Notes under the pieces: generated by a model
Told to the model about the DNA's origin: nothing
Seen by the model: only the letters and a program-made list of their open reading frames with translations
Database searches by the model: none
Assembly (NCBI GenBank): GCA_041891055.1
Contig: CP169074.1
Location: forward strand, 288,001-352,000
Length of the DNA stretch: 64,000 nucleotides
From: Halorutilales archaeon Cl-col2-1
Lineage (GTDB): Archaea > Halobacteriota > Halobacteria > Halobacteriales > Afararchaeaceae
Direction: 5' to 3'
Shown: positions 9,622 through 18,504 of the stretch, piece after piece
Numbering within the stretch: the stretch's first letter is position 1
Layout: the number at the start of each line of letters is the position of its first letter
Translations under genes and position numbers: made by a program

Positions 9622-12036
9622 ATGAGTCAGACTGACCCCGACGGCGACACTGACACCGACCCGTACGGCTGGGAGAACTACTTCCCGTACGACAAGGCTT
9701 ACGATGACCAGAGAGACGGCATAGAGTCAGCCGTCGATGTCGCACGTCGGAACGGCTTTCTCCTCTTAGAGGGTGCCTGTGGAACCGGAAAGACGCTCCT
9801 CTCACTCGCCGCGGGCTTGAGCCTCGTTAGAGACCCCACGTCGAGCTACAAACGTGTACTCGTACTCACGAGCGTCAAACAGCAGACGAAGCAGTTCGAG
9901 ACCGATCTCGCCGAGATAAACTCTTCTCTTCCCGACTCAGACGCGGTCGACTCGGTGACACTCGTCGGGAAGTCGGACGTCTGTCCCTACTCGCGCGAGG
10001 GAATCATCGAAGACGGTCTCTACTCAAAGTGCGAGGATCTGCGTGACGAGACGAGGAGACGTATCTACTCGTCGTCGCGTGACTCCGAGACTGCGGGAGG
10101 TGACAACGTCTCGAAGGCTATCTCGAACGCGGGTCAGATAATGACTCAACACGAGGCGAGGGTCGAGTCAGCTGGTGCTCCGACTCTCGAAACCGCAGGC
10201 GTCGAGTCGCCTTACTCGGAGGAAGTAGACGATGTCTGTCCCTTCTACGCTAGGTACGTCGCCGACACGGTCGACGACGACGCCGAGGTACTCCAACACG
10301 ACGGCGTCCTCACACCGAAGAGACTCGTCGCCGAGGGCGTCAAGAAAGGGACTTGTCCCCACTCGGCGATGGGCGAGATTCTCGACGAAGCCGAGGTTGT
10401 CGTGGGTAACTACCAGCATGCCTTCGATCCGGTTACGGTAGAAGCCTTCACCCGCGAGATAATCGACTCGTCGACTCTCGTCGTCTGTGACGAGGCTCAC
10501 ACCTTAGTCAACAAGGTACGTGAACAGCTCAGCTCTTCGGTGTCTTACACCCATATAGAGAGGGCGGAGAACGAGATAGACGACGTCATCTCTATGGTCT
10601 CAGACGAGAGCCCGAGACAAGACTCGGAGATACTACAAGCCGACACCGATCTCGCGGGCACTATACTCGACGAGAACGACGTCTCTGTCTCAGACCTCAG
10701 GAAAGCGAGAACCTTCCTCAGAGACCTACGTGCCGAGATAGACTCGGTCGTCACGAGCCATCTCGACTCCGAGATAGGAGGCTGGAGAAACGTCATAAGC
10801 GATCTCACGGTCACGGGCGACGAGTATGAGTACGAGATCCCGCTGAGATCGCCCGAAAAGCCCGACGAGGTCGACGAGATAACCCGGTCACTCGACTCTT
10901 ACGACGAAGGTGACTGGATGACGGTCGGACGTGTCGGCTGGGTCGTCGGAGGTGTCCTCGATAACGTCTACGAGTCACACGACTTCGACTCTATGAGAGC
11001 GGCACCCGTCGTCGGAAACCTCGTCCAGTCGTGGTACGCTAACGGTACGGGCGAGTACTTCCGACAGCTTGAGCTATCACCGAGGGATGACGTCTGGAGA
11101 CAGCCGTCACAGGACTGGAGGCAGGTCTATAAGGGAAGCTTGGTTCTCAGAAACTGTATCCCGAGCGAGGAGATACGTGACCGTCTCTCTGAGTTTGGGG
11201 GAGGCGTTCTGATGTCTGCGACACTCGAACCCATCGATGTCTTCCGTCACGAGATAGGCTTCGACTCCGAGGGCTTCGACAGAGACATAGAGGAAAAGAC
11301 CTACGGCCTCGACTTCCCCGAGGAGAACCGTGAGAGTCTCGCAGTCCGTACGCCCAAGTTCAAACACTCGAACCGAGGACCGCGTTTCGTCGACGGCGAG
11401 CCAAACACCGACACCGACGCGAGACGCGCTTGTGTGAGGACGACGGTCGACGTAGTCTCGAACACTCCCGGAAACGTCATGGTCGGGACGCCGTCTTACG
11501 CCGAGGCGGACTGGATGGCGGAGGTTCTGAGAGACAGAGACGACATCGACGCCGAGATACTCGTCGACGAGAGCACCGACGACGAGACGACACAGCGTCT
11601 CAAGTCGAGATTCTTCCGAGGCGACGACAAAGTCTTAGTCACGAGCGTCCTCGGGACACTCACAGAGGGCGTCGACTACGAGGGCGATAAACTCAGAGGC
11701 ATAGTCGTCTGTGGCGTGCCCCTCGCAGACACGTCGGGCGACTACTCAGAGGCGGTCGAGACGGCATACGGAAGAAGGTTCGGAGACGACTCGGCGTATG
11801 ACTACGCCTACACAGTCCCCGCTGTCAGAAAGGTGCGTCAGGCAGTCGGACGTGTCATAAGAGGTGACGACGAGGTAGGTATACGTGTGATCTGTGACGA
11901 GAGATACACGGAGGAACATCTCTGGGACTCGGTGCGTGAGTACTTCCCCGAGTACGAGAGGGACGAGTTCAAGCCCGTGAGTCCCGACATGGTAGATCTC
12001 GGTGTTAAGAGGTTCTGGGACTCACATGAAAAATGA
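9622..12036 (+). CDS. XPD/Rad3/DinG-family Fe-S ATP-dependent DNA helicase
   Basis: GACGTGKT, four Cys (CPY, KCED, CPF, CPH), DEAH, SATL, QAVGRVIR. Confidence 0.93.
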   Translation: MSQTDPDGDTDTDPYGWENYFPYDKAYDDQRDGIESAVDVARRNGFLLLEGACGTGKTLLSLAAGLSLVRDPTSSYKRVLVLTSVKQQTKQFETDLAEINSSLPDSDAVDSVTLVGKSDVCPYSREGIIEDGLYSKCEDLRDETRRRIYSSSRDSETAGGDNVSKAISNAGQIMTQHEARVESAGAPTLETAGVESPYSEEVDDVCPFYARYVADTVDDDAEVLQHDGVLTPKRLVAEGVKKGTCPHSAMGEILDEAEVVVGNYQHAFDPVTVEAFTREIIDSSTLVVCDEAHTLVNKVREQLSSSVSYTHIERAENEIDDVISMVSDESPRQDSEILQADTDLAGTILDENDVSVSDLRKARTFLRDLRAEIDSVVTSHLDSEIGGWRNVISDLTVTGDEYEYEIPLRSPEKPDEVDEITRSLDSYDEGDWMTVGRVGWVVGGVLDNVYESHDFDSMRAAPVVGNLVQSWYANGTGEYFRQLELSPRDDVWRQPSQDWRQVYKGSLVLRNCIPSEEIRDRLSEFGGGVLMSATLEPIDVFRHEIGFDSEGFDRDIEEKTYGLDFPEENRESLAVRTPKFKHSNRGPRFVDGEPNTDTDARRACVRTTVDVVSNTPGNVMVGTPSYAEADWMAEVLRDRDDIDAEILVDESTDDETTQRLKSRFFRGDDKVLVTSVLGTLTEGVDYEGDKLRGIVVCGVPLADTSGDYSEAVETAYGRRFGDDSAYDYAYTVPAVRKVRQAVGRVIRGDDEVGIRVICDERYTEEHLWDSVREYFPEYERDEFKPVSPDMVDLGVKRFWDSHEK

Positions 12037-12041
12037 CATGA

Positions 12042-12710
12042 CTATCTACCTCTCTCGTCTCCGTATATGTCGACGTGGAGACGTGGCGAGAGACGGAATC
12101 CGCGTTCCTTACAGATCTCGGCTATCCATCTCGCTCTCTGTCTGACAGTCTCGGAGTCGGTTCCCTCTGGCATTAATACGACCTTCTCGTCGTCTGCTTC
12201 TACGTCTCCGAGTATCCCATCGATCTCCTCTAAGTCGTCCTCGTCGGTCACCACGAACTTGAGCTGGTAGTCGTAGTTCGATATCCATCTCTGTATGACG
12301 TCGGTGTCGATACGTCTCTTGTCGTGTCTCTCGTCCCAGTCGTCTCCGGTCTCAGGCGTCGAGTTCGAGAGCTTCGGAGACAGAGACATCAGGTCGGCGT
12401 CTATCTCCTCGTAGACTGTCGCGTTAGTCTCGACAGTCACGTGTCCGTCGAGCCTCTCACAGAGGACATCTATCTCGTCGTGTATGAGTGGCTCGCCTCC
12501 CGTCACGACGTAATGTGACGCGCCATAGCTCTCCGCCTCCTCGACGACCTCGTCGACCGTCATCTCGTCGCCCTCGGGGTTCCACGACGTGTAGGCGGAG
12601 TCACACCAGCTACACCGGAGGTTACAGCCCGACGTACGTATGAAGACGCTCGGGACTCCGACGAGACGTCCTTCTCCCTGTACCGAGTAGAATATCTCGC
12701 TTATGTACAT
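12042..12710 (-). CDS. queE: 7-carboxy-7-deazaguanine synthase (radical SAM)
   Basis: EIFYSVQGEG, CNLRCSWCDS, TGGEP, SPRLH. Confidence 0.95.
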   Translation of the reverse strand: MYISEIFYSVQGEGRLVGVPSVFIRTSGCNLRCSWCDSAYTSWNPEGDEMTVDEVVEEAESYGASHYVVTGGEPLIHDEIDVLCERLDGHVTVETNATVYEEIDADLMSLSPKLSNSTPETGDDWDERHDKRRIDTDVIQRWISNYDYQLKFVVTDEDDLEEIDGILGDVEADDEKVVLMPEGTDSETVRQRARWIAEICKERGFRLSPRLHVDIYGDERGR

Positions 12711-13357
12711 GGGTCTTCGACACCCGCTTCCTCGAAGCCTCTCGCGCGTTCTTCACACGACGCACAGACGCCACAGGGCTCGTCGCTCGCCTGGTAACAC
12801 GACCACGTGTGCTCGAAGGGCACGCCGAGTTGGTCGCCTCTGCGTATTATCTCGGGCTTCTCGTACTCGACGACGGGACGTCTGACCTCGAAATCGGCTC
12901 TGTCAGTACCCTCTGAGAGCGCGGTCTCCATCGCGTCGGCGTACTCGTCGCGGCAGTCAGCGTATCCCTCGCGGTCGTCTAAGTTGGGACCGTACCAGAT
13001 ACTTGTCGCACCTTTCTTCTCTGCGACCCCCGCGGCTATCGAGAGAAAGACCGTGTTTCTCATCGGGACATACGACGTCGCGACCCCCTCGTCGTCTATG
13101 TGTTCGGAGAGATCTGTCGAAGACTCGGTGAGCCCCTCGGAGAACTCCGAGAAGACGTCGGTGAGGTCGAACTCGATGAGGTCAACGTCGTAGTAGTCAG
13201 TCAGACGCCGTGCGCAGTCGATCTCCTTCTCCTCCGTAAGCTGTCCGTACGAGAAATGGACTCCGACTGTCTCTCCACCTGCGTCTTCTTCGACCGCCTC
13301 GGCGAGAGTGACACCACTGTCTATACCACCCGAGAGTAAGACGACGTTCTGAGCCAT
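12701..13357 (-). CDS. queC: 7-cyano-7-deazaguanine synthase
   Basis: LSGGIDS, YVPMRN, YADC, TWSCY...CGVCASC. Confidence 0.96.
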   Translation of the reverse strand: MAQNVVLLSGGIDSGVTLAEAVEEDAGGETVGVHFSYGQLTEEKEIDCARRLTDYYDVDLIEFDLTDVFSEFSEGLTESSTDLSEHIDDEGVATSYVPMRNTVFLSIAAGVAEKKGATSIWYGPNLDDREGYADCRDEYADAMETALSEGTDRADFEVRRPVVEYEKPEIIRRGDQLGVPFEHTWSCYQASDEPCGVCASCEERARGFEEAGVEDPCT

Positions 13358-13358
13358 C

Positions 13359-13544
13359 TCAGTCGTCCCCCTCGGTCTCGTCTATCCTTCCCCTTCTCCT
13401 GTCGACCTCGTCCATCTGGTCGAGCATCTTCCTCAGAGAGCTCCTGACGGCGTCCGACATAGAGACGAACTTACGGTCGTCTCCGACGTGTTCCTCGACG
13501 TCCTCTAAGAGCTCACGCGGGACGTCGACGCTTATCTTGGGCAT
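13359..13544 (-). CDS. Ribbon-helix-helix (CopG-like) protein
   Basis: MPKISVDVP...SMSDAVRSSLR; 1 bp upstream of queC. Confidence 0.8.
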   Translation of the reverse strand: MPKISVDVPRELLEDVEEHVGDDRKFVSMSDAVRSSLRKMLDQMDEVDRRRGRIDETEGDD

Positions 13545-13593
13545 ACTATTACTAGACGAATACTATTTATAAGAGTATGGATATATGGACTGA

Positions 13594-14289
13594 TCAGTCC
13601 GCGACTGCTGTGACGATATGTACGACCAAGACAACACCGGTCGCAAGGGTAAGCCAGATATGAACTGTGCGCCACTTACTTAGGACGACTTTGTTCGATA
13701 TATCACGTATTCGTCCCACGATCTCGGCGGTCTCGTCTCCTCTTCCGAGACGCATTACGTGTCTGTGTATACGTCTTCCGTATACGCCGCTGATCACCTC
13801 TACTCCCAACAGAATACCTACTAGGAGACCCGTTTCTTCCCACTCCTCGACGAAGACAAAATGAGGGAGAGTCAGAGCCGTTCCGGCGAGCATCGTCCAC
13901 TCGTGAGCCTGTAAAAGATTCCTCCTGTACTTCGACGGGACTACTGAGAGACGTTTTCCCGCCGAGTAGCCCAAGACGCCGACGACGAGTACTGTCACGC
14001 CAATCTCGACTAAGCCAATATACGGTGCTTCGTTAGTCTCACCGCCGAGCCCCCACCAGTCAGGGAGTAGACTCACTCCCTCCTCGCTTTCTTCCTCGAA
14101 CTCCTCACCTTCTTCCTCTCCGAACTCCTGAAGCTGATACTCGTCTACGGAGCCCGAGTCTGTGAACTCCAGTACACTCAGACTGTTCGATCCGTCGGAT
14201 GTATCGACATGACCAGAAACAGACAGTCCAACTGCCAACGCGCTAACGAGTAGACCTGCTACTGCGATCTTTTTTGGTGTAACCTTCAT
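13594..14289 (-). CDS. Membrane protein, putative di-haem cytochrome b
   Basis: Signal-like N-terminus, acidic linker, two TM His pairs 14 residues apart (AHEW...LPH; TVH...VVH). Confidence 0.65.
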   Translation of the reverse strand: MKVTPKKIAVAGLLVSALAVGLSVSGHVDTSDGSNSLSVLEFTDSGSVDEYQLQEFGEEEGEEFEEESEEGVSLLPDWWGLGGETNEAPYIGLVEIGVTVLVVGVLGYSAGKRLSVVPSKYRRNLLQAHEWTMLAGTALTLPHFVFVEEWEETGLLVGILLGVEVISGVYGRRIHRHVMRLGRGDETAEIVGRIRDISNKVVLSKWRTVHIWLTLATGVVLVVHIVTAVAD

Positions 14290-14429
14290 GTTCTGAATAC
14301 CGGTGTTGTTTGAGAAAAGAATTCACGTACAGAAGTCGAATCTTTCGAGAAAGCCTTTCGATGACTGTACGAAGTTTCGAGCGGTGTACGCGAAGCTGTA
14401 TATTTGGGTACTCCTTCTCGAAGACTGTA

Positions 14430-14780
14430 ATGAGAGTTCCAGTACCCAGGAACAGCCTCGTCGTGATGGCGCTGATAGGCGCAGTTCTGACGGGAGGGAT
14501 AGCCTACGGTCTCGCTACTACAGACTCGGCGAACACAGGAGCCAATGCGGGTCAGACGGTGTCTCAGGAGTCGACAGTCTCAAACGGTACAGTAACGAAG
14601 CTGTCTTCAGGCACTCCTACGCCGAACCAGAACTTCACTCCCAACGTCAAACAGCAGACGGGTTACTCTGAGGAGTATGAGGAAGAATACGATGAAGAAT
14701 ACGAAGAGGAGGAGTATGAAGAGGAAGAGTACGAGGGAGAGCGCAGAGAAGAAAACAGAGAGGGCGAAGAGAGAGACTGA
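14430..14780 (+). CDS. Membrane-anchored/secreted protein with Glu/Tyr-rich tail
   Basis: ATG 14430, hydrophobic N-terminus, C-terminal EEYEEEYDEEYEEEEYEEEEY. Confidence 0.7.
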   Translation: MRVPVPRNSLVVMALIGAVLTGGIAYGLATTDSANTGANAGQTVSQESTVSNGTVTKLSSGTPTPNQNFTPNVKQQTGYSEEYEEEYDEEYEEEEYEEEEYEGERREENREGEERD

Positions 14781-14782
14781 CA

Positions 14783-15724
14783 ATGTCGATTTCAGCCGCG
14801 TCCTTAGGTTTACGTTCTAAGCTCGGCGAGTCGGAGGTAGTCTTTGAGTGCTGTGATACAGAATTCCGCCTGAGGGCTAAGGGTCTACGTGCGTCGAGAG
14901 CCGTCTCCGAGGCGCGAGGTAAGGCAGAGACACTCGAATCCGAACTCGATGCCTTCGACGAGACGAGTGCTGTCTCGTGTCTCAACTCCGACGGATGGGT
15001 AGAGAGCTACCACGTCCGTAGAGTAGTCGAACGTGGGATAGAGTACTACTGCCTCACGGACGGAGTACTCGACATACGTCACGGCGAGGTCGAGAGACAG
15101 ATCAAGTCCTACATACGCGGTGAGAGATCTGAGGTGGATGTAGGAAGTCTCGACGGGGTCGAGGGGGATATGGAGGATGATGTACTTATTGAGGATGACG
15201 AAGTCAGAGTCTCGCGTGACATTAAACTCGATCTCAACTCTCTCGCAAAGGGATATATAGTCGACGCCGCGCTCGAAGAACTCGACCGGCTCGGTGTCGA
15301 GGGATTCGTCGATGGAGGCGGGGACATAGCCACTACGTATCCGATTAGGGTAGGCATCGAGAGCCCGTACCCCTCCGAGAAGCCGTTGAAGAAAATCAAG
15401 ACTGACTGGAGTATAGCCACGTCGGGAGGGTACAGACGCAGACGTTCAGACGTTGACCACATTTACAGACCTAGATCTGACACCGATACCAATACTGACA
15501 GTGACGCGGGCAAAGTTGAGGTTGGATCGAAGAACAGATCCGTAACGGTCGTGTCTGAACGAGACTGTACCGAAGCCGATGCCCTAGCCACAGCAGTCTC
15601 GGCATTAGACCCCGACGAGGCTATCGAGTTGATCGAGGAACGTGAGGGCACCGAGGCATTTCTCGTCCACTCGGGCGTTTTAAAAAAGACATCCGGGTTC
15701 GAGGAACATGAAGCAGAAACATAG
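14783..15724 (+). CDS. apbE: FAD:protein FMN transferase (ApbE family)
   Basis: DLNSLAKGYIVD, VDGGGD, IATSGGYRR, HI, ADALAT. Confidence 0.9.
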   Translation: MSISAASLGLRSKLGESEVVFECCDTEFRLRAKGLRASRAVSEARGKAETLESELDAFDETSAVSCLNSDGWVESYHVRRVVERGIEYYCLTDGVLDIRHGEVERQIKSYIRGERSEVDVGSLDGVEGDMEDDVLIEDDEVRVSRDIKLDLNSLAKGYIVDAALEELDRLGVEGFVDGGGDIATTYPIRVGIESPYPSEKPLKKIKTDWSIATSGGYRRRRSDVDHIYRPRSDTDTNTDSDAGKVEVGSKNRSVTVVSERDCTEADALATAVSALDPDEAIELIEEREGTEAFLVHSGVLKKTSGFEEHEAET

Positions 15725-15995
15725 GAGAGCTGTGACTTTCGCCGCCGTAGTTGTCCTAATACTATCGGTAGCTGTCACGTGGCAGGTGGGTGGCTACCGG
15801 GAGACACAGGCGGAAGAGTCGAAGACGGCGGATCTGGTCAACAGCCAGGTTGAGGAACGTCACTCCACCAACGACTATGACGGAGACGGAATCCCTGATG
15901 CGTCTGACCGATGTCCGACACGTCCTGAGACACAGAACGGCTTCGAGGACTCCGACGGCTGTCCAGACATAGTCACGACCACGGGGGCGTCTTAA
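15708..15995 (+). CDS. Membrane-anchored protein with TSP3-type Ca-binding repeat and C-terminal flavinylation-like motif
   Basis: N-terminal TM; DYDGDGIPDASDRCP...NGFEDSDGCPD; ends DIVTTTGAS. Confidence 0.75.
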   Translation: MKQKHRRAVTFAAVVVLILSVAVTWQVGGYRETQAEESKTADLVNSQVEERHSTNDYDGDGIPDASDRCPTRPETQNGFEDSDGCPDIVTTTGAS

Positions 15996-16549
15996 TGAGT
16001 GTTGTGACTTTCGAGACCCTCTGGTATATCGACAGGGCGGCGGGACTCGTCTCGTATGTCTCGCTATATCTCGCCGTACTCACGGGAGTCTTCTATAACA
16101 CGAAGAGGTTCGGAGAGCTACACAGAGCCGCCGACAGGGTACACGTCCCCATCTCAGTCTTTGCCACACTAACCATTCTCGGACACGGAATCGTGGGAGC
16201 CGTCGACACCTTAGCCATCTTAGACGGCGCGGTTCCGTCCCCCAATTACCCTATAAACTTCTTCGTCAACGGAGTCCTCGTCGGGGTCGGAGGTCTACTA
16301 CTCCTCGTGGTCGCAGTCGTTGCCTTCCTCGACCCGAGACGTTTCGACAGACCTTACAGTCCCCGTGTCGTTCACGCCTTCGCGTATGGAGGATATGCCT
16401 TCGCAACGATACATGCTGTCGCAGTCGGAACTGAGATTAGAAGACTACTCCGCGTTTCGATACTGAGTTCGGTGGCTTTCGTGGTCTACCTCTTGATCGT
16501 GAGATCTCTGAGTGCCGAACTCGGTAAAAATGACAAAAGGACGGCTTAA
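15995..16549 (+). CDS. Ferric-reductase-like (MsrQ-type) transmembrane cytochrome b
   Basis: WYIDRAAGLVSY; TM His pairs 14 and 13 residues apart; TAATG coupling to the upstream gene. Confidence 0.8.
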   Translation: MSVVTFETLWYIDRAAGLVSYVSLYLAVLTGVFYNTKRFGELHRAADRVHVPISVFATLTILGHGIVGAVDTLAILDGAVPSPNYPINFFVNGVLVGVGGLLLLVVAVVAFLDPRRFDRPYSPRVVHAFAYGGYAFATIHAVAVGTEIRRLLRVSILSSVAFVVYLLIVRSLSAELGKNDKRTA

Positions 16550-16557
16550 GTATTATA

Positions 16558-17492
16558 GGCTCTGGTGAACCACTAGACTACGTTGGATTAAGCCACTAAT
16601 GCAAAGGAGATGAAGCGGGAAGTTTTCGGTGACATGTCCAAAATCTCCCGCTTCACTGATAGAGTCGTGACATTAGCTAAAAACGCTGTTGGTGGTCGGA
16701 GCGAAGCCGCCGCCCCAGAGCAGGGTGGCGGCTTCGCGGATTACGCCATCGTTTCTCTCCACTGTCTACGGATTTACTTGGAGAAATCTTACAGAGAAGC
16801 ACTCGATCTGTTGAGCGAGATGCCAAGAATCCTTGAGGAGATCGGCCTCGAAGAGGACGATCTCCCTCACCATTCAACCCTAGTCAAAGCATTCGATAGG
16901 ATAGAGATGGGTGTATGGAGAGTACTTCTCCGTCTCTCTTCGGAACTACACGACAACACCGGCCACACTGCTATGGACTCTACTTACTTCGACCGAGAAA
17001 ACGCTAGCAAACACTACTGCCGTAGGACGAATTACCGTGTCCAGACACTCAAAGCTACAGCCCTCGTCGACACAGAAACTCAAGCAGTCCTTGACCTTCA
17101 CTGCACGACTGAGAAACGCCATGATACTCAGCTCGGCTTGCAGGTCGCACTGCGGAACGCAGGCGACCTGCATACCCTCGCTGCCGACAAAGGCTATGAC
17201 TGGATGAAACTACGTGAAAAATTACGAGAAGAAGACGTAAGACCACTCATCAAACACCGGGAGTTCCGACCCATCGATCAGGCGCATAACGCCAGAATCG
17301 ATGGGTCTCTCTATGGTCAAAGATCCATGTCTGAAACCGTCTTCTCAAACATCAAGCGCACGCTCGGCACTGCCGTGCGTGCGCGTGCCTGGTACAGAGA
17401 ATTTCGTGAACTCGTCCTGATCTGCTCTGTCTATAACATCAAACATGCCGTAAAACAGTAAATCAAGTTACGTATGGTGATTCACCAAAGCC
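16558..17492 (+). mobile_element. IS5-family insertion sequence (ISH1/ISH9-like), 935 bp
   Basis: 16-bp TIR GGCTCTGGTGAACCAC / GGCTTTGGTGAATCAC; 8-bp TSD GTATTATA at 16550-16557 and 17493-17500. Confidence 0.95.
16634..17461 (+). CDS. IS5-family DDE transposase
   Basis: MSKISRFT N-terminus, MDSTYF, ADKGYD, YGQRSMSETVFSNIK. Confidence 0.95.
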   Translation: MSKISRFTDRVVTLAKNAVGGRSEAAAPEQGGGFADYAIVSLHCLRIYLEKSYREALDLLSEMPRILEEIGLEEDDLPHHSTLVKAFDRIEMGVWRVLLRLSSELHDNTGHTAMDSTYFDRENASKHYCRRTNYRVQTLKATALVDTETQAVLDLHCTTEKRHDTQLGLQVALRNAGDLHTLAADKGYDWMKLREKLREEDVRPLIKHREFRPIDQAHNARIDGSLYGQRSMSETVFSNIKRTLGTAVRARAWYREFRELVLICSVYNIKHAVKQ

Positions 17493-17505
17493 GTATTATA
17501 TCATA

Positions 17506-18024
17506 TCAGTAGCCCTCCCAGAGACCCAGCATCTTATCGACGAGGCGGTCGGAGAAGCTCTTTCTGTGTACTGTGTAGAGACGTCTGATCTTGTCAGGCT
17601 CCTTGAGTGAGTAGAGTACGCTACGACCCTCCCTCTCCTTCTCGACGACGTCTTCTTCTTCGAGACGTGAGAGGTGCCACGATATAGTCGAGCGTGACTT
17701 GTCTATCCTCTCGCTAAGCTCGGAGGTTGAGAGCGCGCCCTCGTCGGCTAGATGTCCTATTATGCGCCGCGAGTACTCACGTCTCAGAGCGTTCATAACT
17801 GCTTTGTCCTCGGATTCGAAAGAATCTGATGTGTAGTAACGCGTGTAGTCGCCATCGTCTGATACTTCTACGAGACCCTCGTCTTCGAGCTGTCTCAGCT
17901 GATACTGGAGAGTACCCTGTGCGTAGTCGAGTTCTCGGAGTAGCTCGCGGAAATGGATGCCGGGAGTTGAGTCTATCTCCATGTATATGTCGCGTCTCGA
18001 CTTCAGATCGGGCTCGTCGTCCAT
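17506..18024 (-). CDS. Double winged-HTH (ArsR-like) transcriptional regulator
   Basis: PGIHFRELLREL...GTLQYQL; second HTH SRSTISWHLSRL. Confidence 0.85.
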   Translation of the reverse strand: MDDEPDLKSRRDIYMEIDSTPGIHFRELLRELDYAQGTLQYQLRQLEDEGLVEVSDDGDYTRYYTSDSFESEDKAVMNALRREYSRRIIGHLADEGALSTSELSERIDKSRSTISWHLSRLEEEDVVEKEREGRSVLYSLKEPDKIRRLYTVHRKSFSDRLVDKMLGLWEGY

Positions 18025-18028
18025 TTTC

Positions 18029-18319
18029 TTACTCCTGAATTATAGCTATGAAGAAGAGGACTAATCCTAAGACTATGAAGAAAGACGATAGATGCTCTAC
18101 TGTTTCTAGAGCGAATGTGGTTCTGAGTGTAGTCTCGACGAAGACAATGAGACCACGGAGTCCGAACGCTAAGTACGCCCCTGTGACGATGAGCATACTC
18201 TTGTCCCTCTCTCTTCTCCAAGTCAGGAAGCTCAGGACTCCGAGAGTTAGAGACAGGAGGAGTATGCCGAAGCTCAGAACCTGTTCTATCTGACCGGGTG
18301 TAATCTGAAGTACTACCAT
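18029..18319 (-). CDS. Small 3-TM membrane protein (probable regulator partner)
   Basis: Hydrophobic 96 aa, 4 bp upstream of the HTH gene. Confidence 0.75.
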   Translation of the reverse strand: MVVLQITPGQIEQVLSFGILLLSLTLGVLSFLTWRRERDKSMLIVTGAYLAFGLRGLIVFVETTLRTTFALETVEHLSSFFIVLGLVLFFIAIIQE

Positions 18320-18504
18320 CTTTTCGAGTATTTCTTAGGCAGTCTCAAAAGTATATGGTCGACGAGGACTGGTCTACTGATGCACAGAAATACAGTTTTC
18401 ATCATGTTCTCAAAAGACACGCCTAAAGTTACGGCTTCGCGTACATACCTCGAATCCTCGTACAGGAGTCGAAACTACTCCCCCTCCCCGTATAATCATA
18501 AATC

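Noticed and set aside
12042-13357. queC/queE next to a helicase as a 7-deazaguanine DNA-modification (dpd) system
   Set aside because: No dpdA/TGT-like gene; the helicase is a convergent ordinary XPD type; the archaeosine pathway is sufficient explanation
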